A DNA stretch of 64,000 nt from Phallusia mammillata (lineage: Eukaryota): contig OZ281494.1 of assembly GCA_965637545.1 (NCBI GenBank), forward strand, positions 26,536,001 to 26,600,000. The letters run 5' to 3'. The translations under genes and the position numbers were made by a program. The notes under the pieces are model-generated. The model was not told where the DNA came from. It ran no database searches and was given only the letters and a program-made list of their open reading frames with translations. Below are positions 40,501-53,053 of the stretch, piece by piece. Position 1 is the first letter of the stretch, and every line of letters begins with the position of its first letter.

Positions 40501-43336
40501 AGTTTAATCGGTGTCTTGGAACGATTTCGTATGAACAGTATTGCTCTGGTAGCGGACGTGGAAGCAATGTTCCATCAGGACGCCCACCGTTCATCGTATG
40601 CTCGTGCACATTTTTGGGGCTACGTCATCGCCCAGCTGCGCCACATTCTGCTTGCGTGAAACCGCGGAGCAGTTTGAAAAAATGTTTGATAAAGATGTTG
40701 GGGACATCGTCCGCAATGATTTTTACGTAGACGATTGTTTGACGTCAGCCGAAACAGTCGAGCGCGCCACCGAGTTGGTGACGCAACTACGTGCCTTGCT
40801 GAAGAAGAGAGGATTTCGCCTGACCAAATGGCTATCTAACAACCAATGCGCCTTGGATCAAATCCCAGAGGCGGAAAGAGCAAAATCGCTGACCGATGTA
40901 AACTTGGACGCTTCCGTAAAAGAGCGCGTTCTAGGTGTATACTGGCGGGTACAGAGTGACGAATTTGGTTTCAGCATAACTGACACGATGCAAGGCAAGA
41001 AATATACCCGACGTAATATTTTATGTGCTGTTAACACGCTTTATGACCCTTTGGGTTTTGCCGCACCTGTAACTTTGATTGCTAAGGTGTTACAACTAGA
41101 AATACTCCGACAGAAGCTGGGGTGGGTTGACGAGCCGCCCAAAGAAGACATTGACGGATGGCGACGCTGGCTTTCTCAATTGCCGGAGCTCGAGAAGTTA
41201 ACACTTCCCCGCTGCTTTAAGCCTCCTACTTTCGGCTCAGTGGCGAAGTGCGAGATGCACCATTTTTCGGATGCTTCAACTCAAAGCTATGGAATTGTGT
41301 CCTACCTTCGTCTGGAAGATGTTGATGGACAAGTCCACTGCTCGTTTCTATTTGGCAAATCGAAGGTGACACCCCCGAAAACTGAAAGCATTCCGAGGCT
41401 TGAACTTGCTGCTGCTGTCTTAGCTGTAAAAGCGGACAAATGGCTTCGACGCCAACTAAAATTTGATAACTGCGAGTCCGTGTTTTGGATAGACTCGTGT
41501 GCCGTCCGACAAAGTATTTACAACCAAAGTAAACGCTTTGGTACGTTTGTTGCCAACATGTTGGCCGAAATTCATCGACAGACAAGTCCTGATCAATGGA
41601 GGCACGTAAATTCCCAGCTAAGCCCCGCCGATGATGCTTCGCGAGGTTTGTCCGTGCACAAGCTAATCCGCTCTCGATGGCTGACTGGTCCAAAGTTTCT
41701 TTGGCAAACTAAAGATCGATGGCCAACCCCGCCGGAGTTGAAGACTTAGCTTCCTCCAGAGTTCCAGCCAGCTGAGCGGAAGAGGATTGTTGTAAACGTT
41801 TCTGCACAGTCAGGGTCAACCGATCGTTTGCTGAATCGATATTCATCTCTTCATAACCTGAAGACAACGGTCGCATGGCTGCTGCGTTTTAAGTCGTTCC
41901 TGCGCTCAAAGATTTCTGTGCCCACCGGCAAGCTGAGCGTGGATGAGCTGAAGGATGCGGAGTTAGAGATAACAAAGTATGTGCAACGCCAGTGTTTCGC
42001 TCCTGTTATCGACGTTTTGTCCAGCGATGGGCAATCCGATAGGGAGCTGCAAAGGAAAATGAAGAAATCGCGACACGCTAATTCGCTGGCGAAACTTAGC
42101 CCCCAGGTTTTTAATGGTCTACTTCGAATTGGGGGGAGATTGGAAAAAGCGCCCATTGCCTTTGACGCAAAACACCCGATTATACGGCCATATGATCACA
42201 ACCTAACAAGAATGATTATTCAGACCCATCATCACGAAGTTGGCCATTGTGGAACTGCTCATACCTGGACGTCATTGCGCCAGCGCCTCTGGATTATTAA
42301 GGGAGGCGCCGCTGTCAGGAAGGAACTTAGCAATTGCAAGCTGTGTCGCAAGAGAATCGTACGACGAGGACAACAGCAAATGGCAGAACTGCCATTCGCC
42401 CGATTGAAGCCTGATGAGCCACCGTTTACTTACGTTGGCATTGACTACTTCGGTCCATTCATGGTGAAGCGAGGAAGAAGTGAAACGCAAAGATATGGGT
42501 GCATATTCACCTGCTTGACTATGCGAGCTGTACACATCGAGGTGGCACCTGATTTATCCACTGATGCATTTATCAATGCCCTGCGTCGATTCATAGGAAG
42601 AAGAGGCCGACCGAAGGAGATGTACAGCGATAATGGCACGAACTTCGTTGGTGCTGAAAGAGTTTTGCGTGAAGCCCTACAAGGTCTCCAGCAGTCCCGA
42701 CTAGAGTCGTACTTCAAACGACAAGACATCAAGTGGAAATTTAATTGTCCCGCTGCTTCCCACATGGGAGGTTCGTGGAAGAGGATGATAAGATCTATTC
42801 GTCAAATTCTGAATGCGATGCTAACAAGAAACCAAACGATCGGTGCGGACATGTTGCAAACTTTGATGATCGAAGTGGAAAGCATTTTAAATTCCAGACC
42901 GTTGACACCGATCAGCTTCACTTCTACTGAAGATGAGCCACTGACGCCCAACCATTTGTTGTTGGGGCGTGCTTCTGACAGTGTACCAGTGGGACTTATC
43001 AATCCAAAGGACTGCTATAGCCGAAGACGATGGAAACAAATTCAACTTCTCGCCGATGATTTCTGGAGGAGATGGTCTCGGGAATATTTGCCCACAATTG
43101 CCTTACGCCAAAAGTGGCCCGACCGACAACGCAATTTCCAACCGGGAGATGTGGTGATGATCGTTGATGAGACTCAGCCTCGACGTCGATGGGAGATTGG
43201 ACGCGTTCTGCACGCGTTTCCGGACAAACACGGTGTTGTCCGCCAAGTCAACGTTAAAACGCAATCTGGTTCCACGTACAGACGGCCGATTGCAAAATTG
43301 TGCTTGCTCTGCGAGGCAAGCACCAAATGCCAATAA
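37567..43336 (+). pseudogene. BEL/Pao gag-pol polyprotein, disrupted
   Basis: Gag (FSGNPTDYW; CFNCFGYRH..C..C..C..HHTLLH), protease AFLDQGS, RT WYLPHH..IVFD..LQGPDL..DVEAMFHQ..FGATSSP..YVDD, RNase H FSDAS, integrase GIDYFGP/SDNGTNF. In-frame stops at 38840 and 41749, several frameshifts, RT deletion near 40577, and GGSWKRM where WERM is expected. Confidence 0.93.
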
Positions 43337-45290
43337 GTGCATCCGACGCATTCAGGCCACGCAGTCGTCGAACTGGCCCAGAATTGCGGTGCACAAGATC
43401 CTGGTGCTGATGAACGAAGAAATATCATGGACGCTATGCTGTTTGCTGCATTACACATGCCGCACTCTGAAATTCGCCAGGTTGGAGCTTTGCTCACCAA
43501 CGGCGTTTCGCGACGCGACTGTTTAGCTTTCGTGTGTGTTTGCGTTGTTTCGTGATTCGATGTTTTCTTGGTTTGTTTGTAAATGTGTTTGAAGTGTAAG
43601 CACACATTTAGAGGGGAGAATGTAACATCGTAAATCACTCAACCGTAACCTACGTCACATCTTGTATGGTGTGATTGCACCACAATGCCAGAATCCCTTA
43701 TGACGTAACAATATCATTGTAGATTATTTCTCCATGCTGTGCTTTTGGCCATTTAGTATTGAGTTTAGTTTGACCCACGTGTAGTTCGTTAGTTGCTGAC
43801 TTGAATTTGCAGCCGTTAGATAAAGTAATGAAAGTGACTAAATATAATTTGTTTGTCATTAATGGATGGTAGTGCTTTATAAACTTAAAAACTCTGACGA
43901 AAAGGAATAATGTTGCCTTTGCAAGGTAAGCTTGATTTGCATTTTAGTTGCCCGACTTGCCGTACATTTCAATTATCGTTTTTTATGTGTGTAGAATGCT
44001 TTCTGACGATTTCAAGATATTTGTATCTTTGATAGGCTACCCTGGTCCAAAACTCTGGTAAGCTTTATTTCTGCCGGCATAAAATTAATTTCTGTTTCCC
44101 ATTTTTGAGTGAATGTTCTCTTTGCAGAAAACCGTGATCGTGATCGTGTCGTGTCTACCGTGAACGTGACGTGATTACCGTGTCGTGTTGAACCGTGTTG
44201 ACGTGTAAAATAAATTCACGCGTTTCCAGAAATTGGACTTCTCTAGTGTGACGCCAGCGCTGTACCAGGCGCGCAAATTCCTGACGTTACACACAGGTCT
44301 GCCAGGTGGTAAACATACTAAAAGTGTGCAAGTTAACTGCATGCCACGTGCTGCGTTACGGTCAGGTTATTAAGGTTTTTTGTATCTAATGACATCGTTC
44401 AGTTAAAAAAAATTCAATGTCAAGCGAAAACAAATCAATTTAACTTTTTTCGTGTTTATTGTGGGGGTGAAAACTTTGACAAGTTAGAAGTCATCCACCG
44501 TTTTATTTAGACATATATATTTAACCCAAGTAATAGGCATCTTATTGTTGGGGTTTCATGTTTATATGCTTTGTTATGACATGATTACGGACCACGCTTT
44601 ACCTTTAAATCCATTATTGCTGCGCATGTACATTAAAAGTGCAAAGAAAAAAAGTACACAATATTTTGTTTGACAACCCCCGATTTAAGTGACAGCGATG
44701 TTCTCTGGTACCATTGCCAACACTGCGCTGACGACAGTAATAAGAAATCCACTTGATAAAACAAAAACATATTGTCTGAAACGCATCTGGAAACCATATC
44801 ATGTGTAATGTCGAGAATTTGCGCGCCACAACATGTGATGTGACGTAGGTAATAGGTCGAGTGAGTTACGGCGGCGAAACAAGTTTAAAGCAAACTCCAG
44901 CTATCAGATACCTGCGTATTAGCAAAATACGCACTAACATGGTAACGTGTGCAAAGAGTGTTTTTTTATAATGCAATGGTGTATGCCTCGCGTTTTGTAA
45001 TAAACTTTATCTCCAAATAACTAGTTATTGCGCAAACTCGATGCATGTATGTACAATTAAGTGTCACGAATAATTTCTGTACGTGACAAAAATGGACAGA
45101 AATACATTTGCTTGGTTTTCCAATTGCACTGCAGTGCATTTTGTCATTGCAACATGCTAGTTGTTTCATACGAGTCATTTTTTTGAATCGCAAAAGTGGT
45201 GACAAGAGTTCCAGAAACAATTTTTGCAGCTGTTTTAAGAAACGATCATTACCCTGCCGGAAACACACCTAAAATAGTATGTCTTTAAGC

Positions 45291-46542
45291 ATGATTTGTC
45301 TGATGCTTACACTGCTGCTTATAAGTCAAAGTGTATCTCAAGACTTGTCATCAACTGGTTGCAAGGGAAGTACAATTATTCAGTATTTCGGGAGTGATCA
45401 GCAATTGACTCAACATCAGTTGCATCCAGTTAGTCCATCAGGTCGCGGAGCACCTGGAGCACCCGGAAAAAGAGGACCCGCTGGCCAAGTGGGACTAATT
45501 GGTCCAAAGATAAATACTTTTTAGGGAGAAAGCTGTACAGTGTTTGTTATTGTTTTTACGGAACCTTTGCAACGGCAGCGTTGTCTTTTAGTTAAAAACA
45601 CGAATCTTGTAAGTTTAAGTAACGGTAGCCTATATTTAAGATAATATTGTAACGCAAGTGGCATTTTGCTTTTATTGTGACTTGGACACGAGTCCATATT
45701 TTTAATTAGAGTTTAGAAACACATTTTGCGAAGTACAATTATTTCTAATCAGAATATTTAGCCTTGTTCGTTTTCTTGATTTAGATGTACCTTTATGGTG
45801 ATTTTGTGGGATTAAAAACGACAGGGTTTGTTCATAGTACGTTTTAGCACATACTTAACCACCGTCACTGTATGAAAAGGATAAAAATCATGTTTAGAGA
45901 ATGCCAACCTTTCACTTCATGACGGTGACAAAGGTTAATTGTAGCTCGTGTGTAAAGGCGTGATTAGAACTGAATACGGACCTTAAATTGGAAACCTGGT
46001 CCGACTAAGCACTTTAATTGCTAACAACGCCACAAATTTGTACGTAGCGTGTCAAACTACACACTGCAAAATGTTATTGGAAGCATGCGTGTCTTGTAGA
46101 TACTCTAATGGCTGACGTTTCCACTTCCAAAACATTTCAAGCTTTGAAAAAAGTATTTTTGTATGTGGTTTTGATTTGAAACCATTGATTAATTATGAGA
46201 TACATTCACAAACGTATACAAAATTTTGCCACCGACAATAAAGTTTTTATCATATTTTTGAATAGGGTGAACTAGGCAGCAAGGGCCAAAAAGGAGAACC
46301 TGCGTCTGTTTCTACAATCAGGGAATTAAAAAAGACAATTTCCCGTTTGGAACGCTCTGGTATTTAGGATTGCTAGCATTTTGCTGTTTTGTGTATCAGT
46401 TACAGGCCCACAAAGTTTAATTTTTTGTCTTGTTTAGTAAATGCTGTGTCCACCAATTGCAATGAAGCTGCATTGTCGTCAGGATATTATCTTATTTCAC
46501 CTCTGGGGCTTCAGGGAATCCACTTCTACGTTTACTGCAAGG
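45291..46542 (+). pseudogene. Paralogue H: 3'-truncated pseudogene (exons 1-3 only)
   Basis: Exons 45291-45509 (donor GT mutated to AT: ccaaag|ataaat, stop four codons later), 46266-46359, 46438-46542. Homology to I ends near 46682 (gtaagctaacttcc). Confidence 0.85.
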
Positions 46543-47728
46543 GTAAAAACATCAAAAAAAGTTAAAAAAATATTAAATACCTTCAAATAAACCGGAAATA
46601 AACCCAGCTAAATATTTAAAAATTTGCGTGAACTATTGTGTCACTGGTTGATACCACTTTAATGCAGGTAAGCTAACTTCCTAACTGAGCTACAAAAGCT
46701 TATTGGTGAACCCGCCGAAAGTCGAATGACATGAGCTTTTAACGAATGGCGTAAACGGCAATTAAGTTTTAATCAAGTAATTGATAAACATTTTTTTTCT
46801 GAAGTTTTTAAAAATCTACTTTCCATTCATGTTTTATCTGCTGTCGGTTTAACAAAATCATAGATTTATGAGCCAGCTGTGATTTCCAGCCGCCTTTCTC
46901 TTTTTAACACAAATTCACTGTTGTGCACTTAAACCAGGGGTGGGCAAACTTTTCAGTGCAAGGGCCGCATTCAAAAGTTCTTAATCTTATCGGGCCGCAT
47001 AGTATTTCACCAACGGCCGCCAATTGCTTGCTTGTTTTTGTTTTAAAATAACTGGTGCAAAGAATTTGATTTGCATCATATATTTATACCATTTAAAGCC
47101 ACCTAAAATGCTCAGATTAATAATTTCTAACTTGGTGCATAAGTTTAGCTAAACGATGCTCACTGTTTATGATGTCATAATGTGTATTGTGACGATTGCG
47201 GTGCCTGTTTTTTCGCATTGTTTGCGCACAATAAGCGGATGAAAAGCCTGACGCATATAGTTACTAGGCACAAACTTGTCTCCGAGGCCGCAGGTTGTGC
47301 ACGCCTGATCTAGCTCAAAATATTGACATAGCATATTTTCAGCTATGTGCAAATAAGTTTGTTGTCACTTGATTGGACAAACATGGGTTGAAATTGAAAC
47401 GCTACATTTGTAATTGTTTCAAACTAAACTAGCATTTAAACAACCACGTTTTTGGTTAATAAATTCCTTGCGCCAACATTAAACAAGGCGAGCCGCTTTT
47501 AGCATCCATCTTTAGGTCTTGTGCGGGTCTGTGTTAACGATTCTGAAGCCGTTTTTTTTGTCCGTTTGCAACTGCAACGACCTAAACTTGATCCAAAGTG
47601 ACCAAAGTTTTGGCGTCAAAAGTGCAAATTCGGCTGTATTTGAAAACGTGAATCGCTTTTACTTTTATCGAACGAAGAAAAAAAGACCCTGACAAAAAAG
47701 GGTACTGATTTTATTTAAAGGATAAATC

Positions 47729-47914
47729 AGGGGTTCTTAAACAGGGCTGCACGCACCCCCAAGGGATGCGAGAACTGTTCCTAGGGAGTGCGGGGGTGCT
47801 ACATCATCAAAGTTGGTTAGGTCTATTCTATATAAATACAAAAACCCAGGGGGTGCGAAAATTGGTTGGTTATTTGAAATGAGTGCAGCAAGGAAAAAAG
47901 GTTAAGAACCACTG
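47729..47914. mobile_element. hAT MITE upstream of J (second copy ~57097-57283)
   Basis: Ends CAGGGGTTCTTAA / TTAAGAACCACTG. TSD gtataaac is perfect in the second copy and diverged (ggataaat) on the left of this one. Confidence 0.75.
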
Positions 47915-48323
47915 GTATAAACTATAGTCCGGAATTTCCCAGACATATCTGGAATTTCTGTGAAAAATCTATGCCCGACAATAAAGTTATAATTAACCAA
48001 GTTTGAAAATTAAACAATTCATACCATTTTAAAGCACCTACATTTTGAAAACAAATCAAGCACTCGTGATCACAAGGTTCACTAAGAGGTTATTTTGTAA
48101 CCTTTTTCACACGGTAACAGCAGCCTTGTGTTTCTTGCTAAAACACAGGTATCAGGTCGACACAAATGCTTGTGACATGTTAGTCGGCGGATGTATATCA
48201 GACAAGGTACGTTATGTTTAAATCGAAAATCGAATGAAATAAATTTCTTCTCAGTGTCATTAGCGCAGCATAGAGAGTGGTAACAGTGTACCCTCCCATT
48301 TACTTCGAAAATTGTCCAACAAA

Positions 48324-51300
48324 ATGTCGTGGACTTTTTTCTTGGCTTTTTTGATCTGTATGAGAACCAGTCATGGATTCGAAGGTAAAACGGATATATT
48401 TTTTAAAACTATATAAATATTTGTGCTTTTGCAAAAAGATTTTGGCATAATTCGATGACTAAATTTTGTAAGCATTGGTGACGCAACATTTACTTTTATT
48501 TTTTATTATTTTACTCACTGTTGACTTAGTGGGCGCCTTATTAAGTCGTGTGTGCAATTTAAAGCAGGACTGGTGATTGATAACAATTTCTCGAAATATA
48601 TATATTTTTTTGGTTGCAGTGACGTGCGAAACCGAGTTTTCTGAATTGAAACATTCCATCACAAAACTTCTGTGCCCTGATAACTGCTGGAGGCAACATT
48701 CAACTTTGTGTGGTGACCGTGTTTACTCCAGGGGTCCGGTGTGTCTAGCTGCTATGCAGGACCAATGGATTGACGGTAGGTGACATCGTTCGTTTAGCTT
48801 TTACCCTGCCTTTTAAGTATTCTACCATGGCTGTCCTAAAAAGGAAATACGGATACCTCTTTTATCCATACAACTAAATTATTGTGTAAACTAATAGCTT
48901 GTTGTTTTTGAGTTTCTCCTCATGTTGATATGTGGTTTTGAGCGGGTCCAACTTTTAGACTTAAAACTGGCCTGATTCCAAAAATATAAGCCCGAAACCT
49001 ACCAAACTCAAACATTTAACAAATTCTAACTATTCCCATACTCCCGTGATTCCCGCTTAAACCAAACTAAGTATTATGACAAAACATGCATTGTTGAGAT
49101 GTAAAAAGCAACAAATCTGCCATTTTTTGCATAGTTTGTAATCAGGCATAGTTTGAAATTAGAAATTTTTGCTAAGTTGAAAATCATGCATCTAAACGTT
49201 GTTTTCAAAAAACTCCTAGGCCCATACCCGAAACGGTGGTTGTCGGTGGCGCGGGTTACAACTCGGACACAAAGACACACAAACAAATAGCATAACTAAG
49301 TGGACGTTCTTGTCCTTTTATTCCTCACTTTGTAGGTGGTGGTGGACCAGTGGTTGTTTTTCGAAATCCAAATAGCAATCGCAATCATTACAGTGGAGGA
49401 AATCGAAATGCAGTGACGAGTAATTCATGTTCTGCCTCTGGAAGCTCCTACTCCTTTGAAAGTAAGTGATAAAATCCAAACATCCGTAACGTTAAATTTG
49501 GCTAACAAGTTTTGAAATTGCCTTTGACAAAAATGTTGCGTTCTTCAAACACAGAACCCTAATACGAATCCCGATCAGTGTTTTAGCGTTGTAATATGGG
49601 TTACTGAGATTGGCCCACAATGCGGGAGAAAAGGTGACGGAACCAATATTATCATAAAATTATTGAACACATCGGTATGTGGTGTTTCTATTTATAATAA
49701 TGTCGGCAGTCAATGGTCCAGAGGTGTAGGCATAAGCCACACCCTTCTTGCGTAGATCATGTGAACAATTTCTGTCATATAACAACGATTTTCGACTTTT
49801 TGTCGAGTAATTAAGTAATAACTTAACACACACAAAATCTTAGGGAAAAAAGGTGCTTGGTTTTAACGCAAACATAACTTGTTTAGTGACATGCTCGACT
49901 CGGGGTGACTCGGCATCATCAGTCACTAGTGTATGGTGTCCAGCTGCTTGCGGAAATGAACCGGTCTACGGGTCGGTAATGTACAGTGTCAAGTCATCGG
50001 TATGTAGAGCTGCAATACATGCTGGAAAAATTTCAGGTAAGAGAATCAAGCTATCGCAAAACCATCTGCTGCGGTTTTGGATGTCGAAAAACTTTAGGGC
50101 TTTGGTATCAACGCTTGATTCGCCCAACGCACGAAGCAAAAATTTTCTTCGTAATAGTAGGCTGCTTTAGAATTTGTTGCAAAGCATGTTTTCTGTAAAA
50201 CAACACTGCGCATAACGCTTGTGCTTAACACTGTCATGTGTAAAACTCCTACCAAAAACGTTGTAACGTCAACAATTAGACCTGATCTTGATTTACGTAA
50301 ACCTAAAAAAGAGTCTCAAAGCCAAATTAAACCCTTCTCAAACCCGGCTTCAGTTTGAATAAAACAGTTGATTTGTTTTTGACTTTACGCCAGGCAACAT
50401 TTGTGTTTTTGGTCAAACTAACTTTCGGGTTATAAAGTGGCATTTCCTCCTAATCTTTTGTCATGCACTGCCGAGTGCTTCCGCTGAAAATAATTATGGC
50501 AAAAACAGTGGTTTGTTTTCGCATTAATTTGGTTAATCATAAGACCTACTTTATTATCAGTATTTGGGGGTGTTTGACCTTCTTAAATTGACCTAACAAC
50601 ATGTGTGTCATTTTTGTTCCTTTCAGAAGGAGGAGGATTCGTCAGATTCTTTGCAGCTAAAAGTCAACATGTTTTTATCGGTTCGTTATCAAATGGAATT
50701 GTAAGCAATTCTTCTGAAGAGATTGGTTCTGCGTTTAGCTTTACAAGTAAGATATGAATACTAACACAGCCGTGTTAAATGGGAACAAGCCCCTAGCAAA
50801 CTTTTTAGCATATTTTCTCAATTTTATAGAAGAGTCGTGTTTGATGGCGTCTGGAGACAAAAGACCAGGCCTGTAATTAGTAAACTCTGTTCCAAAGTGA
50901 AAGTTAAATCGGCAAAACATTAACACTCTGTTTGAAAATTAATTTTTAAAGCCCAACCAAACAATACCATTCTCATTTGACACATCAAGCGGGTTTAAAC
51001 GCTGGTCGCTTTTTGTACAAAACCCGATTCTATTCTGTTTGTACGTGGTTTAAGAGCAGTGGTTCTCAAACCTTTTTATTGTCGGGGCCAAATGATATTT
51101 TTTAAGTGTGTAGGGAGCCGCAAAAAAAACACGAAACCTTGAGAAAATCACTAAAGAAGATGACTTTGAAAGCTAAAATAGCAATGTTTGGTGGATTTCT
51201 GAGGTCTGGTGCGAGCCGCAAAATAAGTAGTTGGGAGCCGCATGCGGCCCCGAAAACCGAGTTTGAGAACCACTGTTTAAGAGCAAGTTCCAACCATTTT

Positions 51301-53053
51301 AAAAGATGCCTAAAATCTAACGTTGTATGCCGTTGCTCGTTTACCAGCCGTAACATTGCATTGTTTGAATTTTGCAGATAAAGACGAATGTGAAGGTAAT
51401 CCATGCATGCATGGCGGCACTTGTGTGAACGGACTAGAGGAGCATTTTTGCCTGTGCAGGCCACTTTATACAGGAAAAAAATGCGAAATAGGTGTGTTAA
51501 ACAAATCGTGTTGGTAAAACTGGCGTACGATTGTAAAATTGCAAAACATTTGGTGCCTTTTTAGGTTAAAACTATGTGATAAATAATTCTAAACCGTACG
51601 CATTCATTTAGGTGGCAATATATTCAAATTAAACTAAAATTAACTTAATCACTAGCTTAAACCCAAGTCGAAATAACCTTTTCGCTAACTTATCATAAAA
51701 GTTATGGTTCTAAGCGAATCAAAACGAATATCAGTTGCGATCATCTCCCATCTCAGGCCCTAATGATTTGAATCCATAATAAGACGGAATGAACAAAAAG
51801 TTTAATTATTGTAATACTATGATCCCTGCCAAAAAAATTTTTTTTTGTGTAACATATTTTTAAGCAGTTAGAATGACGTCGATTGGGCACGACAGCGAAT
51901 ATGAAATTGAGGCAGGTAACTGCGAACCAGCAAGATGTTACAAAAGAATCGTAACATACAACACCAGCATGGAAAACATTGTTCGTCTTATTAGTTCATC
52001 TCAACACTGCAGACAATTCATGAAGGTATTAAGTAAAATAATTTATATGCCCTCTCACAATATATATGCCTGCATGCGTTTCATGCTACGGTTGGAATGA
52101 CATCTTGAGGTGACATATAGCTAAACATATCAATTATTCTTTCAGGTTAAACCTTAAAACGCCTACCAGCAAGCAAAACTTGCAAGGAAATGGCAGAAAA
52201 AAACACTGCTATCTTTTTACTAATATTGTCATTTTGATACTGAGACAATTTCAAATAATTAAAAACCTACAATTAAGTTTTGATTCTGGCATGATTGGAA
52301 GATTAATGGCACCCTAATATTACGTAATTGGATACCCAGCACTTTTCAAAAGTTTCAAGGGTGAAAAAAGGTTTGTTTTATTTTGTTCAAAATGTGTGCA
52401 AAACCAATTTAACGATGTCTTATAAGCAAAAAGTCACAAGCTATGTATAAAACGGGCAAAAGGTGTAAAAAACGCCCCAAAAACTTTCACGAACATTTTT
52501 GTTTATAGTACCGGTGCCGAGGTTCCGTTCTATTCTGGAATGGAGATTTTTATGCTGCTTGGGTGTCTAGAAACGGAACCCTGAAATACAACTGGGGTGG
52601 AAGTGAAAGAAACTACTATTGTGCGTGTGGAGAAACTGGTGAGTCCGAGTCAACTATTTAGGCCTGCAGAAAATCACTTTCGTTATATATTGTGCTTTTC
52701 CCGCGTTTTTTCATTCTTCACATCCGTCTTTTGCTTGCACTAAAGCATGCTGACTACCTTGCAGTGATAAACACACGTCGAATCAATTTTTAACCCACTT
52801 AAACATTCCAATTTCGTTCTAGTGCCTAGTTTTTGTTTTTGTACTGATTAAATTTATATTTTTCTTTAATGTAGGAACATGCATCGACAATAGTTACAAA
52901 TGTAACTGCGACCAGAATTCAAAGTATATAACTACATCGGATGAAGGATACCTGACAAACAAAGATGATCTACCAGTAACTGAAATGCATTTTGGAGACC
53001 TTAGCACTGGCGAGTATGGTTGGCACTCTCTGGGAAAACTTGAATGCTGGTGA
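48324..53053 (+). CDS. Gene J1: chimeric secreted protein signal-LCCL-LCCL-EGF-Caspr-type FReD (397 aa)
   Basis: Exons 48324-48384 (MSWTFFLAFLICMRTSHG), 48620-48775 + 49336-49461 (LCCL1: TC..CPDNC..GDRVY..VCLAA / GGPVVV..YSGGNRNAV), 49887-50036 + 50627-50746 (LCCL2: CPAAC..VYGSVMYSVKSSVCRAAIHAGKI / GGFV..FIGSLSNGIVS), 51378-51491 (EGF DECEGNPCMHGGTCVN..CLCRPLYTGKKCE), 51868-52025, 52509-52638, 52875-53053. 1194 nt, open frame, all GT-AG. Confidence 0.88.
51057..51275. mobile_element. hAT MITE in intron of J1 (second copy ~60421-60639)
   Basis: CAGTGGTTCTCAAAC / GTTTGAGAACCACTG, perfect TSD tttaagag. Confidence 0.88.

Larger units (their letters stand above)
32705..44291 (+). mobile_element. 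BEL/Pao LTR retrotransposon, full-length but inactivated
   Basis: LTRs TGTAAC..GTTACA: 3' LTR 43621-44291; 5' LTR 32705-32764 + 36848-37450. 5-bp TSD cacag; PPT gaggggagaa before the 3' LTR. Pao-type motifs in gag-PR-RT-RH-IN order. Confidence 0.95.

Noticed and set aside
43337-43555. 72-aa ORF between integrase and the 3' LTR as a possible env or accessory gene
   Set aside because: Too short, no signal or transmembrane pattern and no recognisable motif. It cannot be supported without other copies.
37778-43638. Long minus-strand ORFs (149, 155, 154 aa) inside the retrotransposon
   Set aside because: Antisense shadows of the GC-richer pol frame with no independent motifs.
46935-47307. hAT MITE after gene H (and one-ended copies at 11228, 11816, 19380-19575, 21711)
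   Set aside because: hAT-like ends are visible but matching TSDs or second ends are not, so boundaries cannot be supported.
48150-48207. Extra coding exon upstream of J
   Set aside because: It has AG/GT flanks, but J already begins with a Met and signal peptide at 48324. At most it is a 5' UTR exon, which cannot be verified here.
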